Assembly (NCBI GenBank): GCA_027319905.1
Contig: DAHVMJ010000004.1
Location: forward strand, 1-63,501
Source of the DNA: Candidatus Micrarchaeota archaeon
GTDB taxonomy: Archaea > Micrarchaeota > Micrarchaeia > Micrarchaeales > CABMGC01
Reading direction: 5' to 3'
DNA length: 63,501 nt
The first letter of the stretch is position 1. Each line of letters starts with the position of its first letter. Of this stretch, positions 19,911-29,020 are shown piece after piece. The position numbers and the translations under genes were made by a program. The notes beneath the pieces are model-generated. The model was given only the letters and a program-made list of their open reading frames with translations. It was not told the DNA's origin and did no database searches.

Positions 19911-20441
19911 CTACACCCTTAGCAGTTTCCCGTCCTTCACAAGGAAGTAGATGAATTTGTCCGGGCCAAATATGGCTTTGTAGTGGTTGATCACGTGCTC
20001 CCTATCTTCGTATACCTCGACCAGGTCGTACCCCTCTGCAAGTTCGCCTAGCTTCTGGGCCTTGAACTCCTTAAAAGTCGGTTGGAGTGTACCGGGATGG
20101 AAGTATGCCTCGTTGTATCTCAAGCCGTTCTTTCTTGCAATCTCGAGAGTTTGCTCCGCTGCCTCCTGGGACCTCCCCGTAAGTATTACGACCTTGTAGC
20201 CTTCCCTCGCTCTTTCATTGAGCCTGTCTATCGTATTTTTGTTGGGTTCGGGAGTCAGCGTATCCTGCTCTGTTGCAAAGCGAACCGCATAGCTGAGAGG
20301 ATGTGGCAAAGCCCACACCTCCTCCCTGGTGAGTGGCCTGCCTGTTACGCGGAGCGCTGCCTTGAGGAGCGCGCCATCGGTGAGGAACAGGGTGCCGTCA
20401 AAATCAAAAACTGCAAGTTTCTTGGTTTGCATGCTAGTCAC
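19911..20441 (-). CDS. small HAD-superfamily hydrolase-like protein (paralog 1)
   Basis: LAVFDFDGTLF (DxDxT motif I). Paralogous to 20438-20980 and 53002-53532. Confidence 0.5.
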   Translation of the reverse strand: MTSMQTKKLAVFDFDGTLFLTDGALLKAALRVTGRPLTREEVWALPHPLSYAVRFATEQDTLTPEPNKNTIDRLNERAREGYKVVILTGRSQEAAEQTLEIARKNGLRYNEAYFHPGTLQPTFKEFKAQKLGELAEGYDLVEVYEDREHVINHYKAIFGPDKFIYFLVKDGKLLRV

Positions 20442-20980
20442 ACTCTCCTGAACCCATTCTTCTTTACCAGATAGTACCTAAATCCCCTGGAGCCGAAGCG
20501 CTCCCTTAGGAAGTCTATGTTTTCCCTCTTGTCCTCGTATATTTCTACGCTCTTGTATCCGAAGGTTATGGGCTCCAACATTATTGCCTTGAATTCCTCG
20601 TCGGGAATGTAAACGCCAGCGGAGTTGTGGTACACGGCGTCGCAACCAATGCTCCACATCCTGACCAACTCCAGCGTTGCGGGTTCGCTGCTCTTATGCC
20701 TGGCGGTAAGGATAACCAACGCATACCCCCGATCACCCAAGGTGTTCATGCGATTTATAACCGACTTGTTCGGGGTAGAAGCCGCAATGTCGTTGTTGGC
20801 AAGATCGTAGATCTTAGACTTTATCTCATGGGGTAGCGCCCTGATCTCCTTTTTCGACAATTTCCTGCCTAGCGCCTTCTGCGCGGCTTTCATAAGCGTC
20901 AGGTCCGTGTCGAACAGAGTCCCGTCAAAGTCGAAGATCGCAATCCTCCGCTCATCTCTGCCGCTCAACTTTTTCACCAA
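20438..20980 (-). CDS. small HAD-superfamily hydrolase-like protein (paralog 2)
   Basis: IAIFDFDGTLFDTD. Tandem with paralog 1 and overlaps it by 4 nt. Confidence 0.5.
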   Translation of the reverse strand: MVKKLSGRDERRIAIFDFDGTLFDTDLTLMKAAQKALGRKLSKKEIRALPHEIKSKIYDLANNDIAASTPNKSVINRMNTLGDRGYALVILTARHKSSEPATLELVRMWSIGCDAVYHNSAGVYIPDEEFKAIMLEPITFGYKSVEIYEDKRENIDFLRERFGSRGFRYYLVKKNGFRRV

Positions 20981-21101
20981 GTAACATAATGAGTTCCCTG
21001 ATATTTACCGTATAGCTTTTAGGATAAAAATACAGCAGTCTATTAGACTTATGGACGAGGGTTAGAGAGCATTTTTATTGTTATGCATAAGTAATTTAAT
21101 C

Positions 21102-22160
21102 ATGGACGAAGAGGTTGACAGTGAGTTTAACACCAAATACAGCCCGCTTACGAACCGCATGATGAGACTCCTTTCTGAGAACTCCAGGATGAGCGTTACC
21201 GATATCGCCAGTTCGTTGTCCATACACAGGAAAGATGCGGAGCGCAGGCTGCGTGCAATAGAAAGCGAGTTCGGACTGTGCTACACGCTGGAACTGAACC
21301 AGAGCAGAATAGGGCTGAAGAGCCCGCACCTTGTCGGAGTGAAGCTTGGAGAAGGAGTTGACATAGAAAGGGTCATGAGAGAACTGCGCCGCTTTTACGT
21401 CCCCCAGGTGGTCTTCGCTACGAAAGGAAAGTACGATCTGGTGATATACGCGAACGCGTTTTCGAAAGCGGAGTACGCAAGCTGGGACAGGGCGATGAGG
21501 CGGAGACTGACCGTAGGCGGCGAGATGCGGTGGGACACCTCAGAGATAACCTTCAGGCGGTTCGGCTTCTTCCCGCTCACCAGCAGGACAATAGATCTTG
21601 CGTGGCTGCCCGAAAGGCAGAAAGCTATGTTGAAGCTGCTCAACGACAACTCCAGGATGACGATCGCCGAGATTGCAGAGAAGATGGACATGAACTACAA
21701 AACGGCGGTTTACAGCTTCAAGGAGCTACTCAAGACTGGATACATAAGCCGGTTCACCACACTTGTGCCGATGAGAAAAGAGATCTCTGTAATGGCGGTA
21801 TTCATAAAATATCTCGGAATGCGAGAAGACGCTAATATCGGCATCAATTCCTCCAAGATATTCACATCTGATGCCGAGAACCCGCTGGTGAGCAGGTATC
21901 TGATAAAAGCCTCACTCCTTGGCGCCTATGACTCGTTCTTCATGGGCGCCTTTGACAGCATGAGGAAGGCGGTGCGCTATGGGCTTGGAGCGTACAGAAC
22001 CAGAATGCGGGACATCGCTAAGGACAGGATTGTGGAACTGGGTGTGAGAGAGGTGTTACTGGGCGGGCTACCGATAAGAAACTTGAACCTGAAGAAAGAG
22101 TACAAGGAGCACAGGAGCGGTCTCGTCTCGGCGCACGATACAGACGAGAACGTAGGATAA
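21102..22160 (+). CDS. transcriptional regulator with two Lrp/AsnC-type wHTH modules
   Basis: Two repeats of the pattern LLSENSRMSVTDIASSL / LLNDNSRMTIAEIAEKM. ATG at 21102 is preferred over the TTG at 21078. Confidence 0.5.
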   Translation: MDEEVDSEFNTKYSPLTNRMMRLLSENSRMSVTDIASSLSIHRKDAERRLRAIESEFGLCYTLELNQSRIGLKSPHLVGVKLGEGVDIERVMRELRRFYVPQVVFATKGKYDLVIYANAFSKAEYASWDRAMRRRLTVGGEMRWDTSEITFRRFGFFPLTSRTIDLAWLPERQKAMLKLLNDNSRMTIAEIAEKMDMNYKTAVYSFKELLKTGYISRFTTLVPMRKEISVMAVFIKYLGMREDANIGINSSKIFTSDAENPLVSRYLIKASLLGAYDSFFMGAFDSMRKAVRYGLGAYRTRMRDIAKDRIVELGVREVLLGGLPIRNLNLKKEYKEHRSGLVSAHDTDENVG

Positions 22161-22201
22161 CTTTTGATACTTTAAAACGCAACTTTGTTAGCAAAGCAGT
22201 A

Positions 22202-22861
22202 TTAGGCCTTCAGCCTGTCCACATTCTTCATCTGAGAGAGGCTCCTCAGCGCGTCGAATGTCGCAAGGGCCATATTGTACTTATCTCTGGTCCTGCCCTT
22301 CGCGAACGTCCATATGTCCTTTATACCAGCGAGTTCGAGCACCACCTTGGCGTTGACTCCGGCAACAACTCCGACTCCTCTCGGTGCCGGCTTGAGTATG
22401 ATCTCGGCCGTGCCCACCTTGGATCTCAGCGTTATGGGGAGAGAGTGCTGAGTGCCGCAGTTGCACTCCCATGAGCCGCAGCCGAGGGCCAGGCTGATTA
22501 TGTGCATCTTCGCGTTCTTAACCGCCTCGTCGAACGCGGGCCTCACCTCAACTGTCTTGCCCACGCCTATGCCAACGTGGCCCTTCCTGTCTCCAACTAT
22601 TACCGTTGTGCGGTATTTCTGCTTCCTCGCGTCCTTGGTCATTCGCTGCACGCTTGCTGTTTCGATGTTCTTCGCTTCCAGGCCCGGGAGTAGGGCGTCG
22701 ACTATCTCCACCTCCTTGATCGGCTTGCCCATCGCAAATATCTCCTCTATGCTCTTGATCTGGCCGCTCTTGACCATCTCCCCGAGTTTGGTCCTGGGCT
22801 GCCACGCCTCTATGCTGAACGCGGGCTTCTCCTCCTCTTCTCTTCTTCTCCTGAAAAACAA
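22202..22861 (-). CDS. rps5: 30S ribosomal protein S5 (uS5)
   Basis: Sequence and position at the distal end of the L18-S5 block. Confidence 0.9.
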   Translation of the reverse strand: MFFRRRREEEEKPAFSIEAWQPRTKLGEMVKSGQIKSIEEIFAMGKPIKEVEIVDALLPGLEAKNIETASVQRMTKDARKQKYRTTVIVGDRKGHVGIGVGKTVEVRPAFDEAVKNAKMHIISLALGCGSWECNCGTQHSLPITLRSKVGTAEIILKPAPRGVGVVAGVNAKVVLELAGIKDIWTFAKGRTRDKYNMALATFDALRSLSQMKNVDRLKA

Positions 22862-22862
22862 A

Positions 22863-23432
22863 TCAACTACCCTTCAATATCTTCTCCTTTACCTCATTAA
22901 ATAGCTTTGGAAGCGACTGAACGTCTATGCTCTTTGCTGCGTAATTTCCGAACTGCCTCTTCATCTCCTCCGGCTTAGCTCTGAGCTGTTCGGCGTGCTT
23001 GGCTATGTGCGTGGCGTTGTAGAACTCTTCTTTGGCATCTATGCTGCCGCGTAGCTTCATGCCGCCGTCTATGCATCCTTTGGCAAAGACGAATGGTATG
23101 GACCCTGAAATCGGCGTGGTTATGCCTATGTCGAGCACAACGTCAGCTGTATTTTTCGCTTTTTTTGCAAGCAGCAGGCCGGTAAGATAAGCGGTGGGCC
23201 TGTTTCTTCTGCTGGGCCACCCGTATTTCTTGGCTAGCTCGGCAGAGTCAGCGCTTGCCCTTACGCTGTCGCCTCCCTCCCCGTATTTGATGATCTGCCC
23301 CAGTATTCTCTTGTTGGTTTTCCTGACCACCACGCGATCGAGGCCGCTCTTTACCAGGGCCAGGCGCTTTGCGTAGTTAGTTGTTCCCTCCCGCCTTCTC
23401 CTGAACTTTACCTCCCTTATCACCTTGACCAT
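22863..23432 (-). CDS. rpl18: 50S ribosomal protein L18 (uL18)
   Basis: RRRREGTTNY...RLVVRKTNK signature. Confidence 0.9.
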   Translation of the reverse strand: MVKVIREVKFRRRREGTTNYAKRLALVKSGLDRVVVRKTNKRILGQIIKYGEGGDSVRASADSAELAKKYGWPSRRNRPTAYLTGLLLAKKAKNTADVVLDIGITTPISGSIPFVFAKGCIDGGMKLRGSIDAKEEFYNATHIAKHAEQLRAKPEEMKRQFGNYAAKSIDVQSLPKLFNEVKEKILKGS

Positions 23433-23436
23433 GATC

Positions 23437-23910
23437 TCACCTATACGCTCCCTTCGCTAACTCGTTTATCTGCTTTACTTCCTCGTCGCTGACCTTTATG
23501 CCCTCGTCGCTAAGGTGGAGCAGAAGCGATCTCTTGTCAGCGAATGCGTTTCCCTTTACAAGCAGGTAGTACCTCTTGAAGGTTGCATTGTCTATCTTGC
23601 CCGCAGTTTTTAGCCTTTTGAGCACGAACCTCTGCGCCCTTACCTTCTTCTCCCACACTCTTCCACGTCTTGCCTTAGCGCTTCCTCTCCTCTTCCCTCT
23701 TCCTCTCTTCCTCTTTTCAGTTTTTGTGCTCTTGTGGAGCTCGTACCTGGGCTTGACGGCCACCACCGCACCGTCTTTAATCAGCTTCCTGACGTCGTCC
23801 CTTGTTATCGCCTTCTTTATCTCGTCCATGGACTCCGGACGCAACCTGAGGGCATTCTCGCCTCTGCCCAGAATCTGGCTTGCTATCCTCTTGGTGAATT
23901 TTACGCTCAT
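23437..23910 (-). CDS. rpl19e: 50S ribosomal protein L19e
   Basis: Basic 157-aa protein with KRKRGRGKRRG stretch, in conserved order. Confidence 0.85.
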   Translation of the reverse strand: MSVKFTKRIASQILGRGENALRLRPESMDEIKKAITRDDVRKLIKDGAVVAVKPRYELHKSTKTEKRKRGRGKRRGSAKARRGRVWEKKVRAQRFVLKRLKTAGKIDNATFKRYYLLVKGNAFADKRSLLLHLSDEGIKVSDEEVKQINELAKGAYR

Positions 23911-24278
23911 CTTCCAAACCTGTTTAGTACGTTTATTCCTTTGCTGTCAGCAAGTTTCTGCATCAGCACCCTCTTTTTTCTGGACACGCTGTGCGCGAAT
24001 ATGGCTACGTGATTTTTGTCTTTCTGCACGGCTAGCATTTCGGCCTCGTTGTGCACGAGCACACCCACAGTTCCATCGTTCCTGGTGAATCTCAGCTCTT
24101 CGGGGTTCTTGTAACCTATCTTCGGAGTTGCGCCATAGCCACTCCTCTCTATCCGCTTCTTGTTGTCTATCCCGCGCTGCTTCCTCCATCTCTCCGGCAC
24201 TCGCTTCCTGCTCTTCGCACCAAAGTTAGGTACGCGGAAGCTTGGATGCTTTTTCTTCTTTTCTACCATGATAATCAT
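23907..24278 (-). CDS. rpl32e: 50S ribosomal protein L32e
   Basis: FRVPNFGAKSRKRVPERWRKQRGIDNK signature. Confidence 0.85.
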   Translation of the reverse strand: MIIMVEKKKKHPSFRVPNFGAKSRKRVPERWRKQRGIDNKKRIERSGYGATPKIGYKNPEELRFTRNDGTVGVLVHNEAEMLAVQKDKNHVAIFAHSVSRKKRVLMQKLADSKGINVLNRFGR

Positions 24279-24814
24279 TCCTCCTGAACGAAGTAGATGC
24301 CGTCTTGGAACACTCTCGAATCCTTGCGTCTGGAGAAAGAGAGTCTGTTTATGTTTGCGGCGGTCTGGCCTACGTCATACGGGTCGACGCCCTTCACTGT
24401 TACATCCTGCCCCTTTACCTCTACCTTTGTTTCCCCCACTATCTTCGCTACGCGTGGCTTCTTCTCGCCGAAGACGTTCTTAGCGAGCACCTCACCGGCT
24501 TTGACCTCCAGTGACATCGGAAAGTGAGCGAATACAACCTTCATTTTTCTCTCTATGCCTCTCTCGACCCCGGCCATGGCGCGCTGCGCCTCGGATGCCA
24601 GAGCCTGTGATGCCAAAGCAGCCTTCTTCGCGAGCTTCTTGTGCTTGACCTCTTCTATGGTGAGCTTTCCGCCGGTTATCGAGACTGAGAGCAGCCTTGA
24701 GTTGACTTTCTTCTTCGTTGACCCAAGCTTGCCGCTGACGCTTAGCTCCTGCTTGTCCTGCGAGAGCTCGACCTTCACGCCGCTCGGTATTTGGATTTCA
24801 TGCATAAGTATCAC
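24275..24814 (-). CDS. rpl6: 50S ribosomal protein L6 (uL6)
   Basis: IQIPSGVKVEL start and conserved order. Confidence 0.9.
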   Translation of the reverse strand: MILMHEIQIPSGVKVELSQDKQELSVSGKLGSTKKKVNSRLLSVSITGGKLTIEEVKHKKLAKKAALASQALASEAQRAMAGVERGIERKMKVVFAHFPMSLEVKAGEVLAKNVFGEKKPRVAKIVGETKVEVKGQDVTVKGVDPYDVGQTAANINRLSFSRRKDSRVFQDGIYFVQEE

Positions 24815-25197
24815 TAGTAAACATAGGCAAGCAGCCTGCCGCCCATCCTCTTCTCCTTTGCCTCTCTGTTCGTCATTATGCCCGCCGGGGTTGACATTAT
24901 CAGTAGTCCGAAGTCCTTGCTCGGTATGTACCTGTTCTCATACTTCTGGTACTCGTTCACCTTTACCGCGTGCCTCGGCTTAACAACGCCGATGTTGTTT
25001 ATCTTGTTTGCAAGCACAATCCTTAGCGACTTGAACTTGCCGCCCTCCACCTCCTCGAACTCGTTGATGTATCCGCTCTGCTTGAGCGTGCTCAGCACGT
25101 TCCTGACAAGGCTTGTGGATGCTACCACACACTCCTCCCTTCCGAGGTTTTCGTAAATCTTTATCTTGTTCAGGCTTTCGGCCAGCAAATCTGCCAT
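24814..25197 (-). CDS. rps8: 30S ribosomal protein S8 (uS8)
   Basis: The true start is MADLLAESLNKIK at 25197. The 166-aa ORF in the track is an upstream extension across S14. Confidence 0.85.
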   Translation of the reverse strand: MADLLAESLNKIKIYENLGREECVVASTSLVRNVLSTLKQSGYINEFEEVEGGKFKSLRIVLANKINNIGVVKPRHAVKVNEYQKYENRYIPSKDFGLLIMSTPAGIMTNREAKEKRMGGRLLAYVY

Positions 25198-25205
25198 GTC
25201 AACCA

Positions 25206-25361
25206 CTATAGTTTCTCGAACCCGAGATCGTTCGCGACCTCTCTGAAGCACCTCCTGCAAAGGTAAAGCTTGTATGATCGTATCAGACCCCTGCTGTTGC
25301 CGCAGATCTGGCACTTTCTCAGACCCTTGCCCTTGTATTTCTTGTCGTAGCTTACCTTCAT
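25206..25361 (-). CDS. rps14: 30S ribosomal protein S14 (uS14), zinc-binding short type
   Basis: 51 aa, [41 protein letters not shown] with CxxC...CxxC. It is embedded in the longer 102-aa ORF of the track. Confidence 0.85.
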   Translation of the reverse strand: MKVSYDKKYKGKGLRKCQICGNSRGLIRSYKLYLCRRCFREVANDLGFEKL

Positions 25362-25365
25362 TTCC

Positions 25366-25884
25366 TCATTCCTTCTCCGCAATCTTGATCCCGAAACTCT
25401 TCTCCAGATACGCCTGCAGCGCCTCTCTCGGGATGTTTCTGTGCTCGCTGCCCACCCTGCTGTTCTTTCTCCTGCGGGTTTCAACCCGCAGGCCTCTGCG
25501 CGAGAAGGATGCATTGACGTTGATCCCGAGCATGCCTATCTTTGGGTCGTACTTCACCCCGCTGAAGTATATGTACTCCTTTATTCCGAAGTTGAGCGAA
25601 TTTCCAGCTATCGAATCTGTGTACACAGTGTTGTTGTTGGCGTCGAGCGCGTTCTTCAGGAACTCTGACGCAGCGCTGTCTCTGAGCGTCACCACGGCGC
25701 CTATTATCTGGCCCTTCTTTATGCCGAATTCTGGAAATCTCTTCTTGGCCTTGGTATATGCGGCTTCCCTGCCTGTGAGTTTCTTCAGCAGCGCGCGGGC
25801 GTTGTCGAGCTTCTCTTCGTTAGCGCCTATGCCCATGTTCACCACTAGCTTTTCGAGCCTTATATCGCGCATGGAGTTTGACAT
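25366..25884 (-). CDS. rpl5: 50S ribosomal protein L5 (uL5)
   Basis: Sequence and conserved order. Confidence 0.9.
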   Translation of the reverse strand: MSNSMRDIRLEKLVVNMGIGANEEKLDNARALLKKLTGREAAYTKAKKRFPEFGIKKGQIIGAVVTLRDSAASEFLKNALDANNNTVYTDSIAGNSLNFGIKEYIYFSGVKYDPKIGMLGINVNASFSRRGLRVETRRRKNSRVGSEHRNIPREALQAYLEKSFGIKIAEKE

Positions 25885-25886
25885 GA

Positions 25887-26570
25887 TTAAGCACCTATCA
25901 CCATTACGTTCTCAACAGGGGTTTCGAAGGTTCCGGCGCTGCTTTCCACCTTCACCGCTGCCACAGATGTGGCGCCTCCTGCCTTGATCGCTTTTATAGT
26001 ACCGGTTTCGGAAGCGTGAGCTCCTTTTACAACCAGGCACCTTGCCCCGCTCTCGAATTTAAGCACAGATTTTATCTTGCGGCCGTCCAGCACCACGGAA
26101 TCGTTGACCATGGTCTTCCCGTCGCCCGCGGAGAGGGACCCGTCATAGAGCCTGAGCATAACCTTGTTACCCTTGGCCAGGTATTTGCCCACAACCTTGA
26201 GCGTCCTGCTCTTGCCCGTGCCTTCTTTCTTTTCCAACCTTATATCGCCGTTCTTGCCTACATTCACAGTGTATAACTCCTTTGTTTGCGCCAGCGCAAT
26301 CACGTCGCCAAAACCTATGGGATAGGATGCATCTGATACTTTGCTTCCATTCACCGCTACCTGACCTGACTTTATCATCTTGCGCGCCTCTCTGGCGTTC
26401 GCAGCGAATGCGAGCTTGTCCCTCAGGAGCACCAGCAGTGCTATACTCCTGCCAAGTGAGTGCCTGCCGGAGGTGGGTTTGGCTAGGTACTTGACCGTTT
26501 TCCTGCTCACCCTCGAGTAGGTGCTCGCAGCGAGCCTGTTCAAGTGCCTTGAGTTACCGTGCCTGGCCAT
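25887..26570 (-). CDS. rps4e: 30S ribosomal protein S4e
   Basis: MARHGNSRHLNRLAAS start. 227 aa. Confidence 0.9.
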   Translation of the reverse strand: MARHGNSRHLNRLAASTYSRVSRKTVKYLAKPTSGRHSLGRSIALLVLLRDKLAFAANAREARKMIKSGQVAVNGSKVSDASYPIGFGDVIALAQTKELYTVNVGKNGDIRLEKKEGTGKSRTLKVVGKYLAKGNKVMLRLYDGSLSAGDGKTMVNDSVVLDGRKIKSVLKFESGARCLVVKGAHASETGTIKAIKAGGATSVAAVKVESSAGTFETPVENVMVIGA

Positions 26571-26574
26571 ATCG

Positions 26575-26961
26575 TCACTGCTTTGTTGCCTTCAGCGCTT
26601 GCATCTTTGCGCTCCTGAGCTTGTCGCCCAGGTCCATGTCTGTTATGTAAACGTTAGACGCGTTTATCGCGATCTGCGATTCTTTCCCCTTCGCGTTCTT
26701 GCGCGTTATGCCCTCCACAAAAACCACAGCGCGGCCAAGGTCGACGCCGAGCACCTTGCCCGTCTTGCCCCTGCTCGAGCCACTCATCACCTTTACCGTG
26801 TCTCCCTTCCTTACCCCTATGCTCCTCTTCTTCACTCCCAGCTTCGCAGCCAGTTCCTTTGAAATGTGAGCATTCACGAAGCTCTGTCTGAGGTGGTTGC
26901 TCGCGGTGTACCTGAAGAGCCTTTGCTTCCTGGGTTTGGCGCTTTGTATCATTAAAATCAC
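26575..26961 (-). CDS. rpl24: 50S ribosomal protein L24 (uL24)
   Basis: KOW motif GDTVKVMSGSSRGKTGKV. Start at 26961 or 26952. Confidence 0.85.
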   Translation of the reverse strand: MILMIQSAKPRKQRLFRYTASNHLRQSFVNAHISKELAAKLGVKKRSIGVRKGDTVKVMSGSSRGKTGKVLGVDLGRAVVFVEGITRKNAKGKESQIAINASNVYITDMDLGDKLRSAKMQALKATKQ

Positions 26962-27359
26962 TACACTATCTTCGACGCTATGCCGGCAATCTTAGCGTAT
27001 CTTTCGACTATCTCCCTGGCCATCGCCCCTTTTATCTCGGTGCCTATGGGCAGGTTATCATCACCTACCATTATGCCCGCGTTGTCCTCAAACCTCACGC
27101 GCATGCCGCTGCTCCTCCTTATCGAGGCCCTCTGCCTTATTATGATCACGCGCACGGGCTTCTTCAGATAAGCTGGCGTACCCTTTATCACGCTGGCTAT
27201 GACTATGTCGCCGAGTCCCGCCGCCGCCAGCCCGCCGTGTCTGTGGCCCTTGCCTATCTTGTTGATTATCTTGAATATCATCGCACCGCTGTTGTCGGCG
27301 CACGTAAGCGTTGACATGGGAACCAGTGTCCTCGTTATCCTCGATGATATTCCTCTCAT
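26961..27359 (-). CDS. rpl14: 50S ribosomal protein L14 (uL14)
   Basis: LTCADNSGA signature. 132 aa. Confidence 0.9.
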   Translation of the reverse strand: MRGISSRITRTLVPMSTLTCADNSGAMIFKIINKIGKGHRHGGLAAAGLGDIVIASVIKGTPAYLKKPVRVIIIRQRASIRRSSGMRVRFEDNAGIMVGDDNLPIGTEIKGAMAREIVERYAKIAGIASKIV

Positions 27360-27363
27360 GCGC

Positions 27364-27669
27364 TCATGCCTTCGGTTTGACTATGCCTGTTATTGCGAAG
27401 GACTTCGTTTTGCTCAGCCTTCGCGCCTCCGCCACATTGACCGTGTCTCCGGCCTTTGCGTTTATGCAGTCAGGATTGTGGGCCGCTATTCGCGAATGCT
27501 TTCTCAGATATCGCTCGTACTTGTAGAGGTAGATCGTGTAGTCTATCTTCACTATCGCCGTGCGTTTCGCCTTGCTACTTACGACCAGGCCAGCGAACCT
27601 CGTGCCCCGTGTCTTTAGCCGCCCGTGTATCGGGCACCTTGGGTCATCGCATTTGATTTCTTGCGTCAC
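27364..27669 (-). CDS. rps17: 30S ribosomal protein S17 (uS17)
   Basis: CDDPRCPIHG N-terminus and OB-fold sequence, in conserved order. Confidence 0.85.
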   Translation of the reverse strand: MTQEIKCDDPRCPIHGRLKTRGTRFAGLVVSSKAKRTAIVKIDYTIYLYKYERYLRKHSRIAAHNPDCINAKAGDTVNVAEARRLSKTKSFAITGIVKPKA

Positions 27670-27977
27670 TCTTCCCTCCTCTTGTAGTACTTCATTGACT
27701 TCTCTATCCTGTCCTCGGGTCTGAAGTTTATTTCAACTCCGTTGACTATGAACGACTTCCTTCCCGCGTAAAAGCGAAAGGTAGACGTTGCTTTTACCAG
27801 CCTCTTGAGCCGGTTGCCCGTGTCTACTACGAGAGTGTTTTTGCTCTCGTCTACTACGGTACCGTGCAAACCAACCTGCTTCCTGTCGGCGCACCTGAGA
27901 ACCCGCACCCTGAGCCCTATAAGCTCGTTGAGCACTATGTTCCTGTTGTTGTACGCGCTGTAATCGCTAGCTGCCAT
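27666..27977 (-). CDS. rnp1: RNase P protein component 1 (Rpp29/Pop4)
   Basis: LIGLRVRVLRCADRKQVGLHGTVVDESKNTLVV Sm-like pattern. Lies upstream of S17 as in archaeal S10-spc clusters. Confidence 0.75.
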   Translation of the reverse strand: MAASDYSAYNNRNIVLNELIGLRVRVLRCADRKQVGLHGTVVDESKNTLVVDTGNRLKRLVKATSTFRFYAGRKSFIVNGVEINFRPEDRIEKSMKYYKRREE

Positions 27978-28026
27978 GGGGTTATTTGCTTATTAGTTTT
28001 TATAAGGGCAAGTATTTAAACTTATC

Positions 28027-29007
28027 ATGGTGCGTGAGAGGGCAGGTGCTGCAAGTCGCAAGGCGCAGTCCGCGATGGAGTACCTCATGACCTACGGGTG
28101 GGCCATATTAATAATAGCGGTAATACTTGGCGCTCTCTTCCAGCTCGGCGTGTTCAACTCAAACTCATTTGCTCCGAAGGCGCCTCCCGGAGCATGCGTG
28201 GTCTACAGGCCCTACGGGCCTGTCGATGTGAGGCTAGTATCCTTGAGCGGCATTTGCAACGGGGAGCTGCCGCAGTACGTTGGAAACTTTAACAACTACC
28301 CCGGACCCGCTACGCAGTATATAGGTGTCAACCTTACCGCTTTCCAAAACCAGGGATCAACAATAAACGAGCTTACCGCGTCTGCTTGGTTTGCAGAGGA
28401 CCAGCTGCAAACAAGCAATATCTGCGCTGTTGGATTGATGGGCCAGATGGAGGGCAACGGAGGCGGGTCGGCGGGCGTCGCTCAGGGATGGTCGTTCGAG
28501 GCATACAGGACATGTGACAACGCGCCGTTCATAAGTTTTCTGGCAGGAAACGGAGTTACGCAGGCGAACGGGGGTTTGTACGGCATAGGGACTTCAAGCC
28601 TGGAGCCCGATACGTGGTACTTTGTCACAGGCACGATAAATGGGAACGTCATATCGCTATATCTAAACGGGCAGTTTGTTGCAAACACCGTCGTCACCAG
28701 CGGCGTTGCAAATACGCAGTACCCATTCTCCATAGGCGTCTACGGATGGAACGGTTGCCTTACGTGCTTTGACTGGTGGCAGGGGAGTATAGCCAATATA
28801 CAGCTATACAATACATCATTTTCAGCGAACGAGGTGCAGCAGCTGTATGTAGAAGGCATAGGAGGCGCGCCTACGCGGTTGCAGAACCTTGTCGGATGGT
28901 GGACGCTGGATGGGAATGCTAACGATTATTCAGGAAACGGCCGCAACGGGACGACAAAAGGTTTGAGTTATAGCAGCGACTGGACTTCGCAGTACACCCC
29001 TCCGTGA
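28027..29007 (+). CDS. class-III signal peptide protein with LamG/concanavalin-like domain (paralog A)
   Basis: RKAQSAMEYLMTYGWAILIIAVILGALFQLGVF prepilin-like N-terminus. LYLNGQFV...GSIANIQLYNTSFSANEVQQLY is typical of the end of a Laminin_G_3 domain. Paralog of 59398-60282. Confidence 0.6.
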   Translation: MVRERAGAASRKAQSAMEYLMTYGWAILIIAVILGALFQLGVFNSNSFAPKAPPGACVVYRPYGPVDVRLVSLSGICNGELPQYVGNFNNYPGPATQYIGVNLTAFQNQGSTINELTASAWFAEDQLQTSNICAVGLMGQMEGNGGGSAGVAQGWSFEAYRTCDNAPFISFLAGNGVTQANGGLYGIGTSSLEPDTWYFVTGTINGNVISLYLNGQFVANTVVTSGVANTQYPFSIGVYGWNGCLTCFDWWQGSIANIQLYNTSFSANEVQQLYVEGIGGAPTRLQNLVGWWTLDGNANDYSGNGRNGTTKGLSYSSDWTSQYTPP

Positions 29008-29020
29008 GATGAGAAAGGTC

